Shown piece after piece: positions 50,580 through 63,182 of a DNA stretch of 64,000 bases. A program made the translations under genes and the position numbers. Source of the DNA: Camelus dromedarius (lineage: Eukaryota); contig NC_087437.1 of assembly GCF_036321535.1 (NCBI RefSeq), positions 21,702,001 to 21,766,000 of the forward strand, written 5' to 3'. Positions within the stretch are counted from its first letter, which is position 1. Each line of letters starts with the position of its first letter. The notes under the pieces are model-generated. The model did no database searches and was not told the DNA's origin. It saw only the letters and a program-made list of their open reading frames with translations.

Positions 50580-53500
50580 AAATATCAATTACCCAACAGA
50601 GTAAACTTTACAGTGTCTGTCATCCAATCAAAAATTACGAGGCATGCAAAGAAGCAGGAAAATATGACCTGTAATGAGAGAAGAAATCTATCAACCAAAA
50701 ATGACCTAGAAACTGATACTAGAAAACAGACACTAGAAACTGATATTGTAATTATCAGACAATGACATTAAAAGAATTATTACCACTGTATTCCATATGG
50801 AGATATGGGGAATATTTTAAAAGACTCAAATTAGATTTCTAGAGGTAAAAACTAAAATATCTGAGATGAACAATACAGTAGATTGGTTTAATGGCAGATT
50901 AGACATTGTAGAAGAAAAGAATAGTGACCTTTAAGCCACAGCAATAAAAACTATGCAGAATGAAACAGATAGAGAAAGGGATTACAAAAAAATTTAAAAT
51001 ATCATCAGTGATCTGTGGGACAACTTCAAATCATCTAATATATATATACTTAGAGTCCCTGAAGGAGGAAGGGGGAACAGAAAAAATGTTTGAAAAAGTC
51101 ATAGTTAAAAAAATTTCCATATTTGAAGAAAAGTATAAACTTACAAATCCTGAAAGCTCAATTAACTCAAGCAAAGGATACATGAGGAAAATTACATCAA
51201 AGCACATTGTAAATAAATTGCTCAAAAGCAGTGATAAAAACCTTAAAAGAAGCCAAAGAAAAAAGGTATATTACATACAGAAGACAGAAAAAGATGATGT
51301 AAATTTCTTGTTTAAAACAATGCACCTGAGACAGCAGAGGACCATCATTAAAGTACTGAAAGAAAAGCTGCTAACCTAGGATTTTGCACTTAAAAATAAA
51401 TTTCCAAAACAAGTATGAACCAGACTTTTCACACATGTAAAAAGTGAAAAAAAATTCATTACCAGTAGATCCACACTGTCAGAAAGGTTACAGAAAGTCC
51501 TTTAGGCAGAAAGAAAATACTATATGGAAATAAAGAGCTATCAAAGGAGTGAAGAGCACCTGCTATTATGTAGGTAAACATGTAAGTTTTGTTTTACTTT
51601 TAAAATATTTTAAAAGGTAATTATTTAAATAGAAATAATAAAATGGAGTTTATGACATGTAAAATGTATGAAGCATAAAAAAGCATAAAGGACAGGAGGG
51701 AGAAAATGGAAGTGTATCATTGTAATATCCTTATGCTATATGTGAAATGGTGTAATATCACTTAAAGATAAGCTGTGTTAAGCTAAAGATGTATAGTATG
51801 AATCCTAAAACAACTACTCAAATAACAGAAAGTTAAACCTAATAAGCCAAGAAAGGAGGTAAAATGGAATTTTAAGTCTTTGAGTAATGCGAAAGAAGAC
51901 AGAAAAAGGCAGAGAGGAAACAAAGAACAGATGGGACAGTAGCAAGATGAGAGACTTAAACCTAATCATACCAATAATCACATGAAATGCCCTAATTAAA
52001 AAGCAGAGATGGGTAGGGGGAGGGAGGGTATAGCTCAAGTGGTAGAGTGCATGCTTAGCATACACAAGGTCCTGGGTTCAACCCCCAGCACCTCCTCTAA
52101 AAATAATTAAGTAAACCTAATTACCTCCCCCCCCCAAAAAAATTTAAAAAATAAAATAAAATAAAAATCCCATAGAAAGCAGAGGTAGATTGAGTAAAAA
52201 CACAAGGCCCACCTTTGTATTTGCCTTAAAGAAACACACATCAAATACAAAGACATAGACAGGTTAAAAGTAACGGGGTTGAAAAAGATATACCATGGTA
52301 ACGCTAATCAAAAGAGAGTTGAACTCTAGCTATGTTAACATTAAGGAAAGTAGATTTCAGAGCAAAGACTATTTTTGGGATAAAGAAAGTCATTTCATAA
52401 TGATAAAGATTGCTAGTTCATATTTATGTACCAAATAGCAGATCTTTAAAATAAATGAAGGAAAACTTGATAGAACTGCAGTGAGAAATAGATCCATAAT
52501 TACAATTGAAGACTGCAGTTGAATAGAAGCAGTAGGCAGAAATTCAGCAGAAATATAGAAGACTTAACATTATCATCAAGCTTGACTTTATTAATATTTA
52601 TAGGTCACTATACCCAACAGCAGCAGAATATACTTTCTTTTAAAGTGCACGCAGAATATTTACCAAGCTATATCAAATGCTGGGCCGTAAAATAAGTCTC
52701 AATAAATTTGAAAGGATTCAAGTCAAATAAAGCATGTTCTTTCGCCACAATGGAATTAAATTAGAAATAAATTAGAGAAATCCATGAATATTTGGAAACC
52801 AAGTTCTTCTTACAACACACATCTTAATAACCGAGGGATGAAAGAAGAAGTTCAAAGGAGATTAAGTATTTTGAGCTGAATGAAAATACAACATATCAAA
52901 GTGTGTGGGATGCCACTAAAGCAGTATTTAGGGGGAACTTACTGCACTAAATGACAACTTAATGCAATTTACTTGAAAAGAAATGTCTCAAATCAATGAC
53001 TTTACTTTCCTCCTTAAGAAGCTAGAAAAAAGAGTAAAATAAGCCTAAGAGCAGAATAAAGAAAATAATAATCATCAGCGCTCCAATCAACAAGACAGAA
53101 AACAGAAAAACAATAGAGGACAATCACTGAAACCAAAAGCTAGTCTTTGAGGTGATCAGTAAAACTGGTCACCATCTACCCAGACTGATCAGAGAAAAAC
53201 ATAGACAACGTACATGTGAAGAATGAGAGAGGTGACATCACTGTAGACTCTACAGATATTAAAAGGAATGTAAGGAGATACTTTGAACAACTTCATACCA
53301 ATACATTTGATGACTTAGATGAAACAAGTTCCAAAGCTTACTCAAGATGAAATTGGTAACATGAGTAGCCCCTGTATCTATTGAAGAAATTGAATTTGTA
53401 GTTAAAAACCTGTCCACAAAGAAAATTCCACGCTTAGATGGCTTCTAATGAATATTTAAGGAACAAATAATAGCAATTCTATACAAACTCCTCGAGACAC
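50580..53500 (+). mobile_element. Older L1 (L1MC/MD-like): decayed ORF1, spacer and ORF2 endonuclease region
   Basis: ORF 50960-51379 has L1 ORF1-like blocks (EKMFEKVIVK, TSKHIVNKLLK). 52200-53480 has ORF2 motifs (aataagtctcaataaattt, cacaatggaattaaattagaaat, ggtgacatcactgtagactctacagatatt) with many stops. Confidence 0.85.
52017..52175 (+). mobile_element. Vic-1-type SINE (long form) nested in L1
   Basis: gggagggtatagctcaagtggtagagtgcatgcttagcatacacaaggtcctgggttcaacccccagcacctcc plus tail, with a TSD-like aaagcagag on both sides. Confidence 0.92.
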
Positions 53501-56500
53501 ATAGGAGATAATACTGTCTCTGACACTGGCTTCTGCTGAGACTTTGGTTCCTGCTTAGTTCCCGGGTGTGCTTGTCCCTCCCTGCTGACATCTACTGAAG
53601 TGTCTGAATTCCCACTTGGTCTGTGGTCCATGTGGTGTCCCTTCATTAAGACCTTGAGTCCCCTTCAAGTCAACTTGGTGGAGTAGTGGAATGGTGGAGG
53701 CTAGGGGGTGTGGGGGTTGTGAAACAGAAACGTGCTATTTTGCAATTTCACCCTGTTGTACTTGAGATAACATATAGTCTCCCCAGTTCCCACTTCTCCC
53801 TGGAACATTTTCTGGATCATTGGGTATACAAAAGCCTCTCCCTCCTCTCTGAATTCTTTGTGTGCAGACCACACTATCTACCCAATGACATCTCTTGTAA
53901 CATCTGAAAAATTATCTCAACCTCATTTATAGTCTTTTCACATCTTTTCTGCTGAATGTTACTGATTACATGCCTAACACTAACGCTGCTATTTAATTTT
54001 CTATTTGTGTTTTTTACATCCCCCTTAACTAGTGTGTGGACTCCTGGAATGCCCAGGCCAGGATTCAGTGTCCTGATGCTCTTCCCAGTGCTTAGCACTG
54101 GGCTAAGTGCGTAGCTGACTCTCAGTAAACATGGGCTGAATGAATAAGTGAATGCATTTAAGCTTTTTGAGTACAGAGAATACATCTAATATTTCTTTTA
54201 TATCTCCTCTGTTGCTTAACATATTGTTGAACACTGAGTAGTCACAAACTATTTACTTAATTTAATTGAATTGATAGTCATTTTATTTTACTCTTTCTTC
54301 ATATATTTCCAGTGCCCAAAGAAACCTAGAAAAGCCATGTCTGCTACAAACTGCTCATTAAAAATGGTTTAAGGTATTGGTTAAAATCAGCTGGGAGAGT
54401 TTTATAGAACCAGGAAGGTGAAGGGAGTGTGATTGCAGACATGGTGTGTCAGAGACAGGAAACAATACAAGGCCAGAAAAATAAAAGACTGGGCCAATGG
54501 TATTTGTGATGGCAATTGTTCAAGAGGAGGTAAGTGAACAGTGGGTAGATGAGTCCAGTTCACTTCTCTGAGGCTAGGAGAGAAAAACTACACTGAACAG
54601 ATGATTCCCAAGTTTATTTTGGTAGGATTGGAATGATTTGCTAGACTTGTCATACAGAAAATTTTCATTCAGCACCAACTGTGGGTAAGGAGTGTGTTGA
54701 ACAGTCAGTTTCAGGGGTGATCTGAAAAAAGTTGCTTCTTACATCCCAAATGCATAATCCTTGATGGATGTAAGATGGACAGAAAATGCAGCGTGCAAAA
54801 TGGAACTAACCAGAGTGTTGAATGATTTTCTTTGGCATTACTGAGTGACGCAGCTGCTCGGTGCAGAAGGCTCCACGGGGGAATGGCATTTGACCAGGAT
54901 GAAATGATTACTAGGATTTTACAGGGTGAGGAAAGGATGAAGGGAATCCTAGGCAAAGGACATGGAAGATTGGTATTAAGGAAGAACTAACATGTAGGGG
55001 ACCCACTGATGTGCAGCTCAGTATGATTGACTGGAGCATGTAGTGTGGTCAACGGTGACTCCTGATGGTATGGGTTGGATTGGTCATAGGGGTATTTCGT
55101 TAGATAACAATTTGAATTTATTCTAGTAGTACTTCAAGGTTTATCCCCTTCATTTTTCAAAAATTTTTTAAACTGTCCTACAGGAATGATTAAATGTGAA
55201 TCTTCACTTTTTTCCTTCTTTTTTAAAAATCTCTTGTCTGTACTAATGATTGTATCCATAATTTATAGAAATTTAGGATTATTTCTATGGATTCTTAAAA
55301 AAACACACAAAGATGTGATAATTCCTTTTTTTGCTTGTTAATAAGGAAATGTCAGAGTTGGATTCTGCAGGTTATAAAATAAAGTACCTCAGAGATTCAA
55401 CTCCTGGAAACACTGTTTTAGTTTATCTGCATAAAATGTGAAGACTTTAAGTGTGTTCAAAGCACAACCAGTGTGTGCTTTGGACGTTAAAGTTCAAACC
55501 CTGGCATGGAAACACCACTCTGGGTAGGACTTCACTGCTCACTTGGACATAGGTTGGACCAGGATCTCTGTGTTGGTGTGAATCATTTATGTCGACATTC
55601 TTGGCTAGAATTGGGGGGAGAGGGTTATAAACTGGGACATAATGCCTGGGTTATTCCAGAGCACTTGGAAATGACTCACGTCTTCCTGTTCTCCACCAGC
55701 ACTTCGCTGTTGGTATTGAGGCAGCCATTCTGAGTGAGATGTTTGGCAACCTAGGTAGTTGACAATCTAAGCAATTCTCTCCCTAATGTTTAATTTCCCG
55801 TGATTGAATAATATATAGCAAATAGGAGCAAGGTACCTTTCCAGAGACTGAAAAAAAATGTGATGTAAAATAACTCACATTATTTTCCCAAAGCTCATCC
55901 AAGCTCTTCCACCCATTCCCTGAGTTTCTAGTAAGACTGGTCACACCGTGTCCACACTTCACGCTAACCGTTCTGTGCTGAAGGGAGGGTTCTAGGGCAG
56001 CTTCTCACAGAAAAGGCCACAGGGTGTTTAACTTGAGCTACAGGGATGGAAGGGGGTGGATGGGAATGGATGGAGACCACCGCTATGAAGGCAGTATATA
56101 ATTGAGGGCCTGGACTCGGCCAACTCCCTGGGTTTGGATCCCACCTCTGCCACTGACTGTGAAGCTTTTGGCCTCAATTGCTTTAACTGTAAAATGGGGA
56201 TTGTAATATTACCAACCTCATGGTATTGCTATGAGGATTAAGTGAGACAATAGGTGTACTGCTCAGAACAGTGCTTGGCCTGTAGTGAGCACCCAGGTCT
56301 CCCTTGCCTTGTTTGGACTGCCGTTTTGTAGGGTGCTGTGGATTATGGTTTTGGGTGTGGAACTTGGGGGCAATTTTTTGAGTCTTGTTTATCTGAACTT
56401 CAGGTGTTCTCAATTGGATGTGATGAGCTCAGGTCAGGAGAAGACCATTAGGATGGAATACCTGCATTTGCTTAGGAGTCAGATTTACACCTTTGTCTTT

Positions 56501-58415
56501 GCTTCAGGCAAACACAGAGATGTGCAGAAGGCAAGTGAACCACTAAGACAAAGAGATTCTCAGTAGATGTAGATCTTGTCTTCCTGGTACCCTCTGACCA
56601 CAGGGATGGGCATGTGGCTTGAGCTCTGCCAGTCAGACTCACCATCCTGGGAATGAAGCTGCCATCCACAGATGGAGGTGGCTGAGGCATCTGGAGATGG
56701 CATTCCAAAGTGGAGCATCATGGTTTCCACTGTGGGCCTCCCTAGAGCTTCTTGGCACCTGTCCTTCCAGACCCTGCTTGTTTAGCCCTCTCTTGATTCT
56801 CTGAGCCAACCCCCAGTGCTCTTCCAGTGAGGTCCTTTTTGGGCACATTTTACCAGATTTAATTTTCTTGCTTATGATCAAAATACCTTACCTGGCACCA
56901 ATAACCAGGTAGGTAGATTAAATGATTCTATTGTCAGTAGGTAAGGGGACACAGATGAAGCCAAAAGTCCTACAAGTCATAGAAAATTCCTCTTTAGAAA
57001 ATATGGCTTGGAGGAGAATATCATTTGTTTTTTGAGGTGCAAAAAAGTGAATTTTGGCCTATTTGAATGGAAAAAGGAAGAGTCTTCAAGCCGGCCAGTG
57101 TTGGTCTGTTCTGAATATAAGATGTAGCACGCAGGCATCTTTGAAATGGCAGGAGTTGTTTTTCATAGGTCAGAGATGGAAATTGCCAGTAGGCAAAAAG
57201 CCTAACAGGAAAGTTAAAGATTTTCAAAGGAGTGATACATTTTCAATAGGCTCACTCACCATCACTGTCACCAAGAAGTTAAAAGTGGGTTTTTAAGGTA
57301 GGTGTAATATATTGCATCATCTTATCCCCTTGAAATTTTTTAGGTTTCTTGAAGGCAATGGCATATCTTACATTTCTTCTGTAATTAAAAATTACAAGGT
57401 GACAAGATGCTGTAATACAACACAGATACTTCGTCAAGAACTCCATTTTGTCATAACGAGTGCTCTTTGGGGAAACCACCAAGAATTTTCTGCCTCCGCT
57501 GGCATTTAGATCATTCTCTCTCTACCTGTTCATTTTCAAGGTCTCAAATGGTACCTCCTGTAGAAAGTCTTCCTTGAATCTGCCAGTGAGAAGGTTCTTC
57601 CTTTCCTGCTTATGTCATTCCAGCTGGTGGTGTGGCTCTGGAGGTGGCATTTGAGTTCACCTTGAAAGCTGACCCTCTGGGAGGGGCTATGTCGGGGGCC
57701 ATGTTGAAATGGGGGGCCATGTTGAAAAGGGGATCCTGAGGCAACTCAAGGCTGAGTGGGTAACAGCTGTGCTTGGTGAGTGACGTCTGCAGAGGGTGAG
57801 GGAATCGTGTGTTTGCCATTGCTGTCACCTCTGGTTTACTGACTCCCTGCCTAGACTGTAAATTCTTGGAGAGCCAGGCCCCTGTGTTAGTCACCATCCG
57901 AGTGTCTCCAGCACTTGGTTCAACACCTAGTGCCTCAGCTTCTCAATAAACATGTGCTGAAATGAAATGAGGGCAATGAAGAAAGTCATGGTGGAGTTGG
58001 AGCTGTGCTTGGGGAGGGACAGGAAATGACATGAAGGAAGGTTCTGGGATCAGCAGGAAGAGGCCTCAGGAGAAAGAGGAGGCCCTTCTCAGGGTAGAGT
58101 AGGAACCAAGAATTGCTACCCTGGAAGGAGTTAGTGGTCCAGAGGCAGAGGTTTAGCCAAAATCAGTAAGGCCATGATCTGATGAAGGAAATGGAAATAC
58201 AGTTTAAAGGAACAAAAAGGACAACAGAAAATTTAGTTCTAGGAGACATCAGCTTTTAGAATGTTTTCCTCCTCTAGAATTTAAGAATAGAGGATAACTA
58301 GGCAGCTTGTGTAATTTTAAAACAGCAATATAGTGACATCTCTGGAAATTTTTGTAAACTGGAAGTTCAAAACAATAATGAAAGTAGGAAATAGACTTCA
58401 TAAAGAAACCTGTCA

Positions 58416-58496
58416 TGACTGAAAAATTGTGCTGAACACTGGAATTTGACACAACATTGTAAAATGATTATAAATCAATAAAAAATGTTAAAAAAA
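58416..58496 (+). mobile_element. Very short young-type L1 3' tip
   Basis: tgactgaaaaattgtgctgaacactggaatttgacacaacattgtaaaatga...AATAAA...An. TSD aaagaaacct(g/a)tca at 58402 and 58497. Confidence 0.8.
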
Positions 58497-59419
58497 AAAG
58501 AAACCTATCATTTCTAGTATTCCTACTTAAAATTTGTTTTTGTCCAATTTCTTTGAGAAGCTATAACTGCATTCAGTATCTGATCATGTATAAAAAAATG
58601 CAATTATAAGAATAGATGGAGAGTTTGATTTTTTTCAGCCTGATTCATTCTGGAATTCTTGTCTGCCACGCGTCCTTCTTGTTCTCTTTGTGTGTTGGAA
58701 GCACATTACTGTGCCACACAGCAAATTATAGTATGAGTCCTACTGAGGTCTGAGTAAGTACTCCTTTGAAAATTGAACTAACTTCCAGGGACTTGATGCT
58801 TGGTGGGCCATCGGATAAACCTGCAAACGTCTTGCATGTATATTTTTTCACTCTCGGGGATTGGGTGGATTACTTCTTTTTTCTCTACCTGCAATGCATT
58901 AGTAATTTCCTGATTTTAATGATTTGTTGACTTTGTTTTTTTTGATTTGTTGACTTTGAATGTTTATTATTGCAGCTTGATTGCTCTGCCCTGCCTCATA
59001 CCAGGAAGCCCTGTCATTCCTCATAATATTACTACTACTCAGTTTATTACCTTTAACTAGAGATAACTTAAGAGAGAAGTGGGAAGAACCTTTCTGGATA
59101 AAGGGAAGGAAAAAGAAAGGTACAAAGAAGCCACAGGCTAGGAGGCCTTTAGGTTATGAATATAATCTTTAATGCTGCTGGTTCCTGTGGGAGCCATCGT
59201 AAACTGACTGTTCTACTGGCTTTCCGGGTTGTGGTGGGGTAAAGTACAAGTTATGACAAAAATAATACTTCTTATCTAGATGTAAATTTATTCAGAAAAC
59301 ATTATTATGATTAATTTTCTTTCCCAATTCAGGATGTCCAGATACTCTCCATCTTTGGAGGAATTGACACACACACTCCCCTTTCCGTTTTCTTTTTGTA
59401 AATTTTGTCTCTTATGACT

Positions 59420-59950
59420 ATGTTATCAGTTTGGACTCATTGTTGCAAGTAATAGAATCCCCGTTTAACTGGCTTTAAAAAATATTCTTTAACGTTACTA
59501 AAAAAGTACAAAGGCTTTAGCACAGTGGGATTCAAGACTCAGCCCTGCCAGGTGGTGGTTTCCTTTCACCCACTGGCTCTGCTTTCTGCTGAGTTGGTTT
59601 TCGCTTCATTCTCAGCCGTGGGTCCTTTCCTCATGGAGACAAGATGGCTACAGCTGCTCCGGCCTCTACTTCCTCTTGAATATGGGTCCAGTCCAGGGGA
59701 GTGTGTGGACTCTGATTACAGAAGTCTCCACAAAGGCCTTCTTATGTCTTGTGGGCTCCAACTGGATGATATGCCCACCCCTAAACCAAATCACTGTGGC
59801 CAGACAATGTGTCTTGCTGATTGCCTTGGGCCTGGAAGGCATGGATAGATTATAGGGAATGAGTAGGGCCCCAGAACTAAAATTGGTGCTGTTACTGGAA
59901 GTACAGAAATAGTTGCTGGAGAAGAAAGCAAAACATGTTGAGAAAATTCT
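59420..59950. mobile_element. MaLR LTR (MLT1K-like)
   Basis: tcagtttggactcattgttgcaagtaatagaa...tgcccacccctaaaccaaatcactgtggccag...tgctgttact. Confidence 0.65.
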
Positions 59951-62900
59951 ACTTGAAGCGTTGGTGATGTTGTGACATTGTATGACACGAATTTGGGTAA
60001 CACTGTGCTGAATTTTCTCAGGGAGCCAGAGAAGTCCTGAAGTGGGGCTGGGGATGGGGGAGAGAAGATGGGATATAAATAAAAAATGAGAAGAAAAAGA
60101 TCCCAGGGTGGTGGGCAGATCCAGTTACCTGAGCGAGGAATCTGGCTGATGGGCTTCTGACCTGCTGGCCCCTCTTTTCTCAGAGGAGCTGACACTTGGA
60201 AATGTCCCTCACTGGGGGCAGGGATTTGCTGAGTGGTGCATAACTGAGGTTGGGTTTTGACACATCAAGGGACAAAATACTTTCTTCTGGCCCTAGAATG
60301 AGCTAGTTTGGAATGTTCCTAGAGAAGCACACAGCATGTCCTCCAAGTGAAGTACCTTAAAATTAGAGACGTGAAAATCCAAATTAATAGACTAGAGTTC
60401 GAATCTGACAGCCCTAGTGTTTATAGTAATTCAAATTGTTTGCCAAATTTAAAAATTAAATTTCGCATAAAAATATGGATTTCTGACTTACCTTTAAAAA
60501 TCAGAAGATCAGGCAGCTTTGGGCCTGATTCCTCTTGGCAGCAGTCCATTGATGCTCAGCAGTGGCTTCCCCTTTGAGAGCCTCAGCCTGGCATTGTGGA
60601 CACATCAGAAAAGGGGTAAAGGTGGGGAATCAGATATCCTCCTTCCTCATCTAGGACTTCAGGTACTGGGTCGAATTTTCATGGGTTGTGGAACAGAAGT
60701 GTTGCTGAGCCTCGGGCCATGGCCAGCAGGTCCTGAGAAGAACTAATCCCCGTTTCATGGATTGTAATGTCCTCAGTTGACAAATTAGATATATTCATTT
60801 ATTGTTGAATTTGAGAGAGCTTGAGGCTTCCGGAAGGTACTGGGGACAGAGGCCTCCCCTCCGTTTCATACCTCCAAGTGGTTCTAATCACGGTCTTCTA
60901 TGACGTAAGCGTCTATGACTCTTGACTTAAGCTTTGACCAACAAAGTCTACTTTGTCTTATTTATGTATTCATGTACCTAACCTTGGCTTAGCTAAAAAA
61001 GGAGCAGAGGTTTCCCTGCCTCTTGGACAGGCTGCAGTGGACGAGCCGTGTCTGTACCACTGAGTCATGGCGGGCCCACTCACCCGGGTGGAGTTGAGGG
61101 TGCGGGGTGGGAGGTGAGCTGTACACTTTGTCCCTCTCTGCCCAGGCCACCCTTTATCACCTCTGCACTTGCTACGATTTTAAGTCTTCGGGTTTCAAAA
61201 CTGAGTCGGCACCTGTTTGGTGTTAGTCAGGGATAATGGGGAAAACGCTGGAGAAAGGGCCTTGTGAGAGGAAACCAGTTTTGTTTTTTTTTTTAACATG
61301 CTGATTTAACCATTCAGTGACCAACTCTTACTCATCACACCATTCATTCAATTGCACAAGTCAAGTAACATTTGAACCTCAGTGCTTGAGTGACCAAATC
61401 CCATACACAAAGCAGTGAAGGTCAGAGCTGTGGTTCCAGCAGCTTCCAATTCCAGACAGTATCTGTCCTTGGGAGTGTTGTTTTTTCCAAGTCCTTCTGT
61501 ATAATTTATTTTGCCTGAGTCCATTTTTGAACTCAGAATACTTATTAACTCACCACTGGCTTTTACACTGGTATTCTGGTTGGGGTCATGCCCCACTCTA
61601 ACTTACACTTTGCTTTAAGGAAGAAAGAGAGTTTTGCCACAACATGAATCCTTCACATGCTAAATGCTTTTCCAAGAACTTCCGTTTTCTTACAAAAGTC
61701 TTTGGTCTCTGTCTCTTTCTCTCGTTCTTGTTTTCTCTTAAACGCATGTTTGCACGTGCTTGTGTGTACGTGTGGTTGATAGGGGATATGAATATCTGCT
61801 TTTTGCAAAATGAACTATGCAGCTCCCTGTTGTGAAATATGATTGAAAAGGGAGATGCTGAGAATATTACAGGTAGGTGAAAATATTGTCCAGGTTTTCT
61901 TTAAACTAGAAAGAAAACTCTTCAATTAATTCATTTTTCTTTGCTGTTTATTGTTTCATATAGTGACTTATTTCAGTGACCCTGTGACTTTCTCATAATG
62001 GAGAGGTGAATACAGGATGAAACAGGAAAAGAGGAAGGCTGTGCTGGGAGCTCGGAGGAGAGTTTCTGAGGGAGGGAAGGAGGAGACAGGACACCAGCAG
62101 AACTGCCGTTCACCAGAGATACTGAAATGCTCTGAAACCTCAGATCCCTGTCACTTCTCCAGAGAAACACTATCAAGGCTTTTACCATAAAAGTCAAGTA
62201 GGAAAGAAATACCCCTTTCCTGCTGTTCTTTAAAGCAACTTCATTTTGACTGTGATGGCCCATCCTGCCTGAGTACTGTCTAGTGTTAGGCACCTAGAAT
62301 CTGCCTCTCAGCCTCTGTTGTCCTGAGGTCTGAAGCAGGGCCAAGGCTTAGAGGAAGCTGTTTGGTCCTGGGTCCCCTGTCCTCAGAGGCTGCCTGGGAC
62401 AAACCCACAGGTGCGGCCCGTGGCTCCCTCCAGTGGAGGTTCGGCTGCATGTTGTCTGTCCCTCCTCTCTGCCTCCCCTGGGGCAGCTGTCTTCTTTGCT
62501 GACATTCACAGGTTCCCCTTCCTTTCCATCAGGATACTCTTCCCTTCTCTCTGTCTTCCTCAGCTGGTGGCTTCTCAGAGACGCCCTCCTCCTGCCGCCC
62601 CCCTCCCAGGACACCCAGCCCAGGTGAGCCCTGAGAAGGTTGTGCTTCTGCCCAGAGACTCAGGGGACCACAGATTCCAAGCTGGTTTCACCTTCTGTGC
62701 TGTCAGAATCCCTAAGACAAAAGTTAGTTACTACTTTAATTGAGGGGGGAAGAATAAAACAATTTTATATTTCAATAAATTATTCTGCCACAATAATACT
62801 ATTTTGACTGTTCATAATTGAAGTATTAAAAAAAAATTTCCCCAAGCCTCTAGAGGGACTTTTCTTCTGTTCAAACCTTATTCTTTTGTTATCTTTATTA

Positions 62901-63049
62901 TTTTATTTATTATTTTTACTATCTGAGTTTAAAAATTAAAATTTTTTATATTATGAATTATTTAAAACAACACAACTGATAGCCATCATCTTATTGCTTA
63001 GTTTGAGCAGATGCTAAATATTTACCGTAATTGCTCCAAATCTATCTTT

Positions 63050-63182
63050 ATTTAATTATTTTATTTTGGCAGAGGGGGAGGTAAATTAGGTTTACTTATT
63101 TTTGGAGTAGGTACTGGTTATCAAACACAGGACCTTGTGCATGCTAAGCATGCGCTCTACCACTTGAACTATACCCTCCCCC
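63050..63182 (-). mobile_element. Vic-1-type SINE (long form) inside an old L1ME-like piece (~62930-63520)
   Basis: Perfect 18-bp TSD tgctccaaatctatcttt at 63032-63049 and 63183-63200. Confidence 0.92.

Noticed and set aside
49790..51379. 126-aa and 139-aa ORFs as host genes
   Set aside because: Frameshifted remnants of L1 ORF2 and ORF1.
52024..52095. tRNA-Ala(AGC)-like genes (here and nine similar loci)
   Set aside because: They have A-rich tails, TSDs and stem-breaking substitutions, so they are SINEs rather than tRNA genes.
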